Assembly: GCA_963796965.1 (NCBI GenBank)
Contig: CAWCNS010000004.1
Coordinates: forward strand, 416,001 to 480,000
Direction: 5' to 3'
Source of the DNA: Calditrichia bacterium
GTDB taxonomy: Bacteria; Calditrichota; Calditrichia; JAJRVZ01
DNA length: 64,000 bases
Of the stretch, positions 45,735-55,268 are shown piece by piece (position 1 is the stretch's first letter; each line of letters opens with the position of its first letter). A program made the position numbers and the translations under genes. A model generated the notes under the pieces. That model saw nothing but the letters and a program-made list of their open reading frames with translations. It had not been told where the DNA came from and ran no database searches.

Positions 45735-47525
45735 ATGTCGACAACTGATAGCAAGATTTACCAGGAGGTTGCAGCAGTCGTTGTGTACATTGTGTGTGTC
45801 ACCGTGCTGATCACATGCGTGTCGGCGAGTGACCAGCAAGGCAGTGCTTCAATCCACCTCGAGGCAGTCCATTCAAGTGTTCATGTAAGTCTTATAGGAT
45901 CGGTGGATGGGTCGGACTCCGTGTCGATATCCTGTGCGAGAAACGAAGTAGAATCATTCCAGGTTATCGTCAGTACACCGCATGGGAGGCTACACAAGGT
46001 AGATGCCTCGCTTTCTCTGCTCAAAAATCGCACCGGGAACACGATCCCAGCGGAGTGTATTGAACTGTTTAGCGGGGCGTTCGTGCCTGTCCGTATTCCT
46101 GATCCGCGATCCGACATGCAGCCGGGTATGTGGTCTGACGCCCTTGTACCACGGACAAATCCCTACACGGGCGAACCCGTTCAGGGTCCTAAATGGGGCA
46201 AGGCCGGTTTCACCGGTGAACGGTTTCGTGGCCGGTATTTCGATGTCTGGCAAAATCAGCAAAAGCCCCTCTGGGTTGATGTAAGCGTACCCAGGGATGC
46301 CGCACCGGGAATCTACACCGGCACATTTACAGTTTGGGCGGAGAACGCCGATACGGTCAATATTCCAGTAAAAATCGAGGTTTGGGATTTTGCTCTACCG
46401 GATGGGCCGACACTGGAGAACCACTTTGGCGGATTCAGCCGGGCAGCAGGCTTCTTTGGCCTAGCCCCCGATTCCGAGGAGTTCCTCCGAATTGAGGACC
46501 GCTTCATTGAGATGATGGTGGCCCACCGGATCAATCCTCCACTACCGCAGCGGTTTAATCCACAGATCGATGCAGATGGCAGTGTGCATTTCGATAAAGA
46601 CCTCGATGAGCGTATCAGCGCGTTCGTGGCCAGACATCACATGACGAATATCCAGATACCGGGGGCTCCCTTTCCTGACGTGCTGGGTGATGATCGGTCC
46701 AGAGCGGCCGCATTCTACCGTTCGTGGTATGCCTATCTTGAGCAGAAAGGGTGGGAGGAACGGGCCTATCTCTATATGTTTGATGAACCATTGAAACCAG
46801 ATGATTACGAGAAAATCCGGCGCCTGGGTGCATTTGTCGGAGAAGTGGAACCGAGACTTCGCCGGCTTGTCATTGAACAACCATACCCCCGACACCCCAA
46901 TTCAGGCACATTAGATGGTTCGTTGGACATCTGGTGTTCCTTGTTCGCTTACATCGACGAGGCCAGTATTCAGCGCGTTCAGCAGGCGGGTGACGAAGTA
47001 TGGTTGTACACCGCGCTCGTTCAGTCAATACCCAAATTCCATCCGAATTACAAGGCCATGAAACCTGACAGTCCTCCGTATTACAATGCCGTTAACGTGG
47101 ATAGACCCCCGTATTGGGAGATCGATTTCCCTCTTCTTAGCTACCGTATTGCGCCCTGGCTCAACCGTCGCTACGGAAGCACTGGTCTTCTGTACTGGTC
47201 AACCTGTTTCTGGGGGAGTCCGCCCCGGAATCCGTGGGATAATCCCACTTACGGGGACCATTGGAACGGCGAGGGAATGCTATTCTACCCTGGAACAGAA
47301 GCGGGCATCGATGGCCCTATCGCGTCCGTCCGGCTGAAGAACCTCCGAGATGGCATGGAGGACTACGAGTATTTCGTCCTATTGGAAAAACGCGGCGGTG
47401 GGGATATCGTTAAGGAGATCGTAATGCAGGCAGTGCCCACCTGGGGTTCCTGGGATCAGGACATACCTCGTTTGCTCGAACGACGCCGTGTACTTGCCCG
47501 GGAAATTCTGAAACGTGGCGATTAA
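45735..47525 (+). CDS. DUF4091 / GH123-like glycoside hydrolase
   Basis: ARNEVESFQV, PLWVDV..PGIYTG, VWDFALP, MFDEP, GLLYW and SVRLKNLRDGMEDYEY motifs. Confidence 0.85.
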   Translation: MSTTDSKIYQEVAAVVVYIVCVTVLITCVSASDQQGSASIHLEAVHSSVHVSLIGSVDGSDSVSISCARNEVESFQVIVSTPHGRLHKVDASLSLLKNRTGNTIPAECIELFSGAFVPVRIPDPRSDMQPGMWSDALVPRTNPYTGEPVQGPKWGKAGFTGERFRGRYFDVWQNQQKPLWVDVSVPRDAAPGIYTGTFTVWAENADTVNIPVKIEVWDFALPDGPTLENHFGGFSRAAGFFGLAPDSEEFLRIEDRFIEMMVAHRINPPLPQRFNPQIDADGSVHFDKDLDERISAFVARHHMTNIQIPGAPFPDVLGDDRSRAAAFYRSWYAYLEQKGWEERAYLYMFDEPLKPDDYEKIRRLGAFVGEVEPRLRRLVIEQPYPRHPNSGTLDGSLDIWCSLFAYIDEASIQRVQQAGDEVWLYTALVQSIPKFHPNYKAMKPDSPPYYNAVNVDRPPYWEIDFPLLSYRIAPWLNRRYGSTGLLYWSTCFWGSPPRNPWDNPTYGDHWNGEGMLFYPGTEAGIDGPIASVRLKNLRDGMEDYEYFVLLEKRGGGDIVKEIVMQAVPTWGSWDQDIPRLLERRRVLAREILKRGD

Positions 47526-47599
47526 TGCATCACCTTTTCGGATAGATAATTGGAAACGAATAATATATGGAAAAACATAAAATAGGAGGAAAAATTGTT

Positions 47600-49618
47600 A
47601 TGAAAAGATTTTTAACTGTATTATCACTTATCCTGATTGTTATATCCATTTCTAACCTTTACGCCGATGACTTGGAATGGTGGCGTGAAGCACGTTTAGG
47701 ATTGTTCATTCATTGGGGTTTGTACGCAGTGCCGGCTGGCGAATGGAGGGGTGAAAAAGATTATGCTGAATGGATTAGAGATAGGGCAGAAATTCCGATT
47801 GATGTATATAACCAATTCGCCAATCAATTCAATCCTGTCAAGTTTGATGCTGATGAATGGGTGCGCCTGGCAAAAGAAGCAGGAATGAAGTATATTGTAA
47901 TCACCTCTAAACACCACGACGGCTTTTGCCTGTTTGACTCAAAATACACAGATTTCGATATTATGTCCACGCCATTTAAGCGCGACATTTTGCGTGAACT
48001 TGCTGATGCAGCTGCCAAAGAAGGTATCAAATTATGTTGGTATTATTCCATCATGGACTGGCATCATCCCGATTATATTCCGCGTCGCAAGTGGGAAGAA
48101 AAAGAGAGGCCTTTAGGTAAGGCTGATTTTGATCGCTATGTAATGTATATGAATAATCAATTGTCAGAATTAGTAAATAACTATGGCGACATTGGTGTAC
48201 TATGGTTTGATGGGGAGTGGGAGGATTCATGGAATCACCAATATGGCAAGGCATTGTACTTTTATGTTAAGAACCTGCAACCGAACATCATAATCAACAA
48301 TCGTGTGGACAAAGGTCGGGCCGGTATGGCGGGATTAACGAAGGAGGGCAAATATCTCGGTGATTTTGGAACGCCGGAACAGGAGATACCAGGAACAGGA
48401 ATACCTGGCATAGACTGGGAAACCTGTATGACCATGAATGATCACTGGGGTTACAACAAAAACGATTTTAATTGGAAATCTACAAAAGATTTGCTACATA
48501 AATTGGCGGACATTGCCTCAAAAGGGGGTAATTTTTTACTCAATGTTGGTCCCACTGCCGAAGGCCTTTTTCCAAATGAGAGCATCACTCGCCTCCGCGG
48601 AATGGGTGATTGGATGGAAATAAACAGCGAATCAATTTACGGCACGCAGGCGAGTCCATTTAAAAATCTAAATTGGGGACGCTGCACGCAAAGAACTATT
48701 TACGGTGGTACTCGGCTATATCTGCATGTTTTTAATTGGCCAAATGATGGTAAACTTGTTGTACCCGGAATTTTAAACCAGGCAAATAGGGCCTACATGC
48801 TTGCTGATCCGCATCAAAGATTAGATATAAAACGTAATAATGATGCATTAGTCATTACTGTACCGGCAGAAGCGTCAGATGAGATTAATACGGTTGTAGT
48901 ATTGGATATAAACGGATCTCCAAATATTGTAGTGCCACCTGAAATTAAATCTGAAGCAAAAATTTTCAGGGATGAAATGAAGGTATCGATATCTGCAAAT
49001 AGTAATGATACAGAGATACGTTATACCCTTGATGGCTCAGAACCGATCAATGATTCACCCCTTTATCAGGATAAAATAGTTATTACAGAAACAACGATGT
49101 TATCCGCACGAATTTTTAGCGATGGCAAACCGCTAAGTGCAACCAGCAAAACTAATTTTGTAAAAGTGAACCCACCAATGGTTTCTAATTTTGGCACACC
49201 TGAACCAGGTCTTAAATATGATTATTATGAGGGTGATTGGAAGAAATTGCCTGATTTTAACAGATTGGTACCGATTAAATCAGGTATATCCTCTCATTTT
49301 GGCGTATCGTTAAAACTTAGAGATGATTATTACGGATTTGTATTTGGAGGTTATCTTTACATCCCAAAGACAGGAAATTATACCATAAGCACAATTTCTA
49401 ATGACGGTAGTAAACTCTATCTCAATAATAATCTACTCATTAATAATGACGGTGAGCATGGTATGAAGGAAGTGGAATCTGTTATAACTTTGCAAAAAGG
49501 ATTCCATCCTATCAAGGTTACATATTTTCAAACAGGAGCCGGGAATGATTTGAAAGTTACCATTCAGGGTGCCGGATTAGATAAACAGGAGATACCGGCG
49601 GTTATTCTTTTTCAATAA
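47600..49618 (+). CDS. GH29 alpha-L-fucosidase with Fn3-associated and PA14 domains (intact)
   Basis: GLFIHWG, KHHDGF, LWFDGEW, INNR, WETCMTM and FLLNVGP motifs. RYTLDG and SNDGS. RBS ggagg lies before ATG 47600. Confidence 0.95.
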   Translation: MKRFLTVLSLILIVISISNLYADDLEWWREARLGLFIHWGLYAVPAGEWRGEKDYAEWIRDRAEIPIDVYNQFANQFNPVKFDADEWVRLAKEAGMKYIVITSKHHDGFCLFDSKYTDFDIMSTPFKRDILRELADAAAKEGIKLCWYYSIMDWHHPDYIPRRKWEEKERPLGKADFDRYVMYMNNQLSELVNNYGDIGVLWFDGEWEDSWNHQYGKALYFYVKNLQPNIIINNRVDKGRAGMAGLTKEGKYLGDFGTPEQEIPGTGIPGIDWETCMTMNDHWGYNKNDFNWKSTKDLLHKLADIASKGGNFLLNVGPTAEGLFPNESITRLRGMGDWMEINSESIYGTQASPFKNLNWGRCTQRTIYGGTRLYLHVFNWPNDGKLVVPGILNQANRAYMLADPHQRLDIKRNNDALVITVPAEASDEINTVVVLDINGSPNIVVPPEIKSEAKIFRDEMKVSISANSNDTEIRYTLDGSEPINDSPLYQDKIVITETTMLSARIFSDGKPLSATSKTNFVKVNPPMVSNFGTPEPGLKYDYYEGDWKKLPDFNRLVPIKSGISSHFGVSLKLRDDYYGFVFGGYLYIPKTGNYTISTISNDGSKLYLNNNLLINNDGEHGMKEVESVITLQKGFHPIKVTYFQTGAGNDLKVTIQGAGLDKQEIPAVILFQ

Positions 49619-49664
49619 TGAATTTAAATAATTTTATTTACAAATACTTAGGAGCGATATAAAC

Positions 49665-52600
49665 ATGTTGGTCCGAAATACTTTTAATTTATTCTATCAG
49701 TTGCTCTTAATGTTAATACTTTTTGTCACAGGGCTATATGCGAACCATGTCGAACGCTTTTGGAGCTATAAACTAGCCGGAAATAATATAGATGCGTCGG
49801 TAGCTATTGGTGACCTCGACCGCGATGGTTTCTCCGATATCGTTGCCGCCAGTACGGCAGGTATGGTTATTGCCCTGGATGGTTATGGTCGCGAAATCTG
49901 GAAAATTGGCATGGAGGAGAAAATATCGATTGCACCCACAGTAATGGATGTAACCGGTGATTCAGGACTTGAGGTCCTGGTATTAACTCAATCAGGAAAA
50001 ATCCATTGTCTGGAAGGTATGACCGGTGATCTGATTTGGGAGAACAGTTCCCTTGGAAAAATAAAATGGGCAAGCATGACCATTGTTACGGCAGATATCA
50101 ACCAGGATGGAAGCATTGAAATAATTTCTGGTGATTCTGAAGGAAAACTTTTATGTCTTAATGGTAACGGCAAAAAAATATGGGAGTATAATGAATCCGA
50201 AGGCATTGGATCCGCCCCGGCTGTGGGTGATCTTGATGGTGATGGTTTGGAGGAGATCATCATTGCCTCAGAAGAAACACCCTTAATATGTTTGAACCAC
50301 AATGGCGAGGTCCAATGGCGGTACAAACCTCAGGGGGAAGTGCTTGATTCAGGGCGAAAAAGAGAAGTAACCGCACCTGTGATCTGGGATATTAATGGAA
50401 ACGGAACTGCTGAAATCATTACCGGAATGGGGTTTAATCTTGTTGCAGTAGACAGCAAGGGAAAGTTAGTCTGGTCTATTCCTATAAAAAATAGAATAGA
50501 TAGTGCCATTTCCATTGCCGATGCGGACGGCGACGGAGAAGTTGAAATCTACGCTGTGGACCTATCGGGTAATCTGATAAGTGTAACCTCAGCAGGGAAA
50601 TCGAAATGGTCAGCAAACCTGGGAAGTCGTGCCCGCCGCTCGCCGACGATTGCTGATGTTGATGGGGATGGAATCGTTGAAATCCTCGTCGCTGGATATA
50701 GTAGTCAGATGCAAATTTTTGATCCGGATGGCAATATTGAGGAAGGGCTTTTAGTTAAAGGGGGCACAAATGCTGCTGCAACAATTACCGACCTATTAGG
50801 AGATGGTGGATTGTGTGCATTGATACCGGAACTTAGTGGCAATCTAGTGGTGTATCGTTGGACGCCCGTCGTTAAAAAGCCTGAAATCCTTTGGCCTGAG
50901 TACCGCGCCTGGGCTTCCCGAACGGCTGGAGAATATTCACAAAATAAAAGAAAAATTAGCAGTGATCTTATTACAGATGATCTCCGTAATAAGACGGTAA
51001 TCGATAAACAGTCTTTTATTGATAATTTATCCAAACTGAAGAAAAAACGGGACGAAATCAAAGAACTTATTCCCCAATTACCCGATAAGAAAGGTCTGCT
51101 TGAACGTGTATATTATTTGGATGCTGCTATTGAGCAGTCTCAAAATCCCGTTGAGAATGTATCTAACTTGACCCCCATTAAAAGAAGGGCATTGCGGGAT
51201 AATCTAAATGACATGAACATTGAGTTTCTCCGCTGGTTAAAAATAACAAAGCAAGCAGTTGCAACAGATAACATAATAGCTGCTTATGCTGCCAATCCCT
51301 GGGCACCTTTTGGTGGAATGGATGAAATTATTGAAGAACGTACACCTGGAGCAAAAATTTCTGTTGAAGCATTCCAGGGAGAGTTCGAATCTGCAGCAGT
51401 AAATCTATTTAATTTTAGTGGCAGCGCACGAACAATTCGGGTTTTGTTTGATGATTTCTCCGGTCCTAATGGGGCAGAATCGGTTTCCACGGATAAGGTA
51501 TTTACATTGTGCGAAACTATCGACGTTCCAACCCAGGATGGTGACCTATCGGCCGATGCTCTTCCGGAATTAAACTCAGGGAATCTTTTGGTCATTCCAG
51601 CCTGGGATGGAAGACAACTTTGGTTTACCATAAATACGTCAAGTCTCACACCGGGAATCTGGCGGGCCAAGATTCATCTCAAAAGTTTAGATATTCAATT
51701 TGTGGAAACAGAAGTTGAATTAATTATAAAGATTTGGGATATACCGCTGCCAAAAGAACAGCCACTAAATCTTTGTAACTGGAGTGGAACCCTACAGCCA
51801 GAAGGAACCTTTGACGATCAAATAGTTCACGGCACAAATGTGTTTACACGGACCGTTCCACCCAAAGCAACATTTGATGAATTAGGACAAGTAATAAATA
51901 TCGATTTTTCAGAACACGATAATTTTATGGCAGCCCATGCTTTAAAAGGGACAATTCTATTCCACAGTCTGGTATCTCTTACCGGTCCTTCGCCTGCCTT
52001 CTCTCCTGCGTGGTTAAAAGCATACCGTAGTTTTATTCCAGTCTGGATTGTGCATTTAAATGAGTTGGGATATGGATATGAAAATTTTGCCTTTTACCCG
52101 GTTGACGAACCGGGCCTGGAGCATGGAAAAAATCTAAACAGATTTATGAAATGGGCAAAACTTGTCCGTGAATGCGATCCAAAGATCCGGATTTATGCTA
52201 ATCCGGTTGCGCTTATTACCATGAAACAACTTGAGGAAATGGTGCCCTATGTTGATATCTGGGCACCCATGCAGACTCAAATCTTTCCGAAGGAAAAACT
52301 GGAATTTATCCACTCCACAAAAACGCATTGGTGGAATTATGATTGTGCTGACAATGCCAAACATTTGTCACCCCTCGCGTATTACCGTGGTCAAGCCTGG
52401 ATGTGTTGGCATTTTGGACATACGGGAATTGGATTTTATACGTATTACCGGGGGCCTGATTTTTGGTTTCAACCAGAATCAGGTTTTGAATATGCGATGA
52501 TCTATAAAGGAAGGGGTGTTGTTACCAGTAAACGCTGGGAAGCTGTACGCGATGGTGTTGAAGATTATACTTTGTTACATGCCTTGAAAATGTTGGTGGA

Positions 52601-52829
52601 AGGGGCTGAGGAAGCCGGGGCAAAATCTGATCTGGTAGAGAAATCCCGAGAAGTCCTTAATAAAAAAGTTGCAGCCATCGTGAATTATTCCGATGAGCCC
52701 AAACTAAATTCGTTGTATAGCGATACGCCTGAAAGGCAGGCCAACTCCAGAACTCTTGCTGATAAACGCTGGGAGATGATTCTTAATATTCGGAGAGATA
52801 TGGCCGGGTTGTTTTATCTCTTACAATAA
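49665..52829 (+). CDS. FG-GAP/beta-propeller repeat protein fused to a DUF4091 / GH123-like domain
   Basis: Repeated DxDGDG loops (GDLDRDG, ADINQDG, GDLDGDG, ADADGDG, ADVDGDG). GEFESA, PVDEP and SKRWEAVRDGVEDY motifs. Confidence 0.85.
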   Translation: MLVRNTFNLFYQLLLMLILFVTGLYANHVERFWSYKLAGNNIDASVAIGDLDRDGFSDIVAASTAGMVIALDGYGREIWKIGMEEKISIAPTVMDVTGDSGLEVLVLTQSGKIHCLEGMTGDLIWENSSLGKIKWASMTIVTADINQDGSIEIISGDSEGKLLCLNGNGKKIWEYNESEGIGSAPAVGDLDGDGLEEIIIASEETPLICLNHNGEVQWRYKPQGEVLDSGRKREVTAPVIWDINGNGTAEIITGMGFNLVAVDSKGKLVWSIPIKNRIDSAISIADADGDGEVEIYAVDLSGNLISVTSAGKSKWSANLGSRARRSPTIADVDGDGIVEILVAGYSSQMQIFDPDGNIEEGLLVKGGTNAAATITDLLGDGGLCALIPELSGNLVVYRWTPVVKKPEILWPEYRAWASRTAGEYSQNKRKISSDLITDDLRNKTVIDKQSFIDNLSKLKKKRDEIKELIPQLPDKKGLLERVYYLDAAIEQSQNPVENVSNLTPIKRRALRDNLNDMNIEFLRWLKITKQAVATDNIIAAYAANPWAPFGGMDEIIEERTPGAKISVEAFQGEFESAAVNLFNFSGSARTIRVLFDDFSGPNGAESVSTDKVFTLCETIDVPTQDGDLSADALPELNSGNLLVIPAWDGRQLWFTINTSSLTPGIWRAKIHLKSLDIQFVETEVELIIKIWDIPLPKEQPLNLCNWSGTLQPEGTFDDQIVHGTNVFTRTVPPKATFDELGQVINIDFSEHDNFMAAHALKGTILFHSLVSLTGPSPAFSPAWLKAYRSFIPVWIVHLNELGYGYENFAFYPVDEPGLEHGKNLNRFMKWAKLVRECDPKIRIYANPVALITMKQLEEMVPYVDIWAPMQTQIFPKEKLEFIHSTKTHWWNYDCADNAKHLSPLAYYRGQAWMCWHFGHTGIGFYTYYRGPDFWFQPESGFEYAMIYKGRGVVTSKRWEAVRDGVEDYTLLHALKMLVEGAEEAGAKSDLVEKSREVLNKKVAAIVNYSDEPKLNSLYSDTPERQANSRTLADKRWEMILNIRRDMAGLFYLLQ

Positions 52830-53128
52830 AATTAACACGCTGGTTGGATAGTAAAAAGTGGTAATGCATTTCAATATGCCACAAAATTCCACTGTCCATT
52901 TACTATGAATATATTTATACTTAAGTTTTATTGATTTGAGTGAAATTAAGATTAATGAAGATATCAAGTTTGGTGTAAGAATCCTTAAATAGTAATAGTG
53001 TAATTAATATATCCGCACTGCTTCTAAATCCCTGTGTTTTCCAATTATTAAAGATAGCGCGCTGTTGGTCTGCAAGAAAAATAAATAATCGGCTCTTAAT
53101 AACGTATTAAAATAATTAATTCACAAAC

Positions 53129-54388
53129 ATGGAGGTATTTGTTTTGCAAAGGTTCTTAATAATTATTATGCTCATGTCTGCTTCGTTGTCTGCCCAAACC
53201 AAAGACAAAGAGAAGGACAAAGCCACATTTGGAGTTAAATTTTTCGGGTTTGTAAAAACAGACGTCATTTATGACAGCAGGCAAACTATTGCTGCACGTG
53301 ATGGTCAATTTTTATTATATCCGGATAAGGAAATTCTGGATCAAAACGGCAAAGATATTAATGCTGTTCCTAATTTTAATATGTTGTCTCTTCAAACACG
53401 TCTTTCAGTTGCCCTCACTGCTCCGGATGTCTTCGGTGCAAAAACATCAGGCCTAGTCGAAGGATCCTTTTTTGGTCAAACTGACGGCGATTTAAACGGT
53501 TTTCGACTGCGACATGCTTTCCTGAAACTGACTTGGGAAAAATCCTCTCTCCTCATTGGCCAATACTGGCATCCCATGTTTATAACTGAATCGTTTCCGG
53601 GAACTGTATCTTTTAATACGGGTGTTCCTTTTCAACCATTCTCAAGAAATCCACAAATCAGTTTTATGTATGGAATTGATGATCTTTATCTAAGCGTAAC
53701 AGCGGCAACCCAGGCGGATTTTCTGAGTACCGGACCGATAGGCGGTTCATCTTCTTATCTAAGAAATGCCAGCTTACCTATTTTAAATCTTACCATGAAA
53801 TATAAGGTTAAATCATTCTTGGTCGGTGCAGGTGTTAATCATAAAACATTATTGCCACGTTTAGAGGAAACTAATGCTTCAGGAGAAAAATATAAGGCAG
53901 ACACTAAAATAAGCAGTACGTCCGCTATGGGTTTTGCAAAAGTAGTAATCAATGACTTGACTATAAAAGCGGAAGGGATCTATGCTGACAACGCAACAGA
54001 TCTACTCATGCTTGGCGGATATGCGGTATCCGATACCACGCTGGATGGCAATGGTTTTGTGTCAGAGTATACCGGGATTAAAACCCTATCTGCATGGACA
54101 GAATTGATTTACGGAAAAGCGCTGCAATTTGGATTATTTGCCGGTTATACTAAAAATCTAGGGGCTGATGAAAATATTAAGGGTTCCTATTATAGCAGGG
54201 GGAAAGATATTGCTAATGTGATGCGTATTTCACCCCGTGTGCAGTATTCTATTGGTAAAACACGTTTTGCCTTGGAATTTGAATATACAACGGCTGATTA
54301 TGGTACACCTGATTTAAAAGGTGTTGTCGAAAATACAACCACTGTTGCTAATATGAGATTATTATTTGCTGCATATTTATTTTTCTAA
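53129..54388 (+). CDS. DcaP-like outer-membrane porin
   Basis: Signal peptide. FFGFVKTD, QTRL, FRLRHAF, LIGQYW and RNPQI motifs, with a terminal Phe. Likely start is TTG 53144 after ggagg. Confidence 0.78.
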   Translation: MEVFVLQRFLIIIMLMSASLSAQTKDKEKDKATFGVKFFGFVKTDVIYDSRQTIAARDGQFLLYPDKEILDQNGKDINAVPNFNMLSLQTRLSVALTAPDVFGAKTSGLVEGSFFGQTDGDLNGFRLRHAFLKLTWEKSSLLIGQYWHPMFITESFPGTVSFNTGVPFQPFSRNPQISFMYGIDDLYLSVTAATQADFLSTGPIGGSSSYLRNASLPILNLTMKYKVKSFLVGAGVNHKTLLPRLEETNASGEKYKADTKISSTSAMGFAKVVINDLTIKAEGIYADNATDLLMLGGYAVSDTTLDGNGFVSEYTGIKTLSAWTELIYGKALQFGLFAGYTKNLGADENIKGSYYSRGKDIANVMRISPRVQYSIGKTRFALEFEYTTADYGTPDLKGVVENTTTVANMRLLFAAYLFF

Positions 54389-54532
54389 ACTGAAACGCGC
54401 ATATTTTAATGATAATATATGTATTCAAATATTTAAGATAATTAGGGTAAAAAACTATCATATGATACTAACTATTAATGATGATTAAATGAATTTAGTT
54501 ACCTTCTTTTTACATTATTTTGAGAGGAAATT

Positions 54533-55240
54533 ATGACAAATCATGATCAGTATGAAGTCAATTTTTTTAGACCTTTATCGGAGCACGCTAAAGGTAATAA
54601 AAAATTAATTTCCAGATTAGCAATAATCTGGGCAATTGCAGTATTTGGGTTTCATATTATATTAATATTTGTTACCACGCCTACAGCCGAACAAACTTTA
54701 AGTGATTTTAATTCTGTGTGGCCACAGGTTCTTGATGAAGTTTCAGCAAAAAATGAAACCAAACAAGTATTTGCAAAATCTGTGTTAATGGTTTTGGGTA
54801 AAAATATTGCTGTAAAGGATGATCACAAAGCTGTATTAAAAGAATCACTCAGCTGGGTTGTTTATAGCATGCAGGATGACGCTAACAAACCAATTTATGA
54901 AACCGAGCCAACTACTGAATCTATAAACGGCGCTGCTGCGAGTATTGGATTGGGGACGGAAGGCTTTGACAAAATAATGAAAGACCTGTTGCCGTCATCA
55001 TTAGTTAAAGTTGAGAATACCTCTTTAAGTGCAGAATCAAAAAAAGCATTACCAGAAATAATGAAACTATATTTAATTCACAATCAAAGTTTCTTGACAG
55101 ACTTTCAATTTCTCGGATTTCCCTTCCACTATTGGTATACAGCACAATTCCTGTTAATACTATTTGTTGTATTATGTTTAATCTATGCTTTAGCAATAGA
55201 TAATATTAATAAAAAATACGATTTTGTTGAAGAAACATAG
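54533..55240 (+). CDS. DUF4212 symporter small subunit with ~140-aa soluble insertion
   Basis: N-terminal VNFFRP..IWAIAVFGF and C-terminal FLGFPFHYWYTAQ..IY...NKKY. Lies directly upstream of the SSS gene. Confidence 0.82.
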   Translation: MTNHDQYEVNFFRPLSEHAKGNKKLISRLAIIWAIAVFGFHIILIFVTTPTAEQTLSDFNSVWPQVLDEVSAKNETKQVFAKSVLMVLGKNIAVKDDHKAVLKESLSWVVYSMQDDANKPIYETEPTTESINGAAASIGLGTEGFDKIMKDLLPSSLVKVENTSLSAESKKALPEIMKLYLIHNQSFLTDFQFLGFPFHYWYTAQFLLILFVVLCLIYALAIDNINKKYDFVEET

Positions 55241-55268
55241 AAACCACTAAATATGATCCGGAGGCATT

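Noticed and set aside
52830..53128. Riboswitch or sigma-54 promoter upstream of the porin
   Set aside because: No recognisable aptamer consensus or TGGCAC-N5-TTGC motif.
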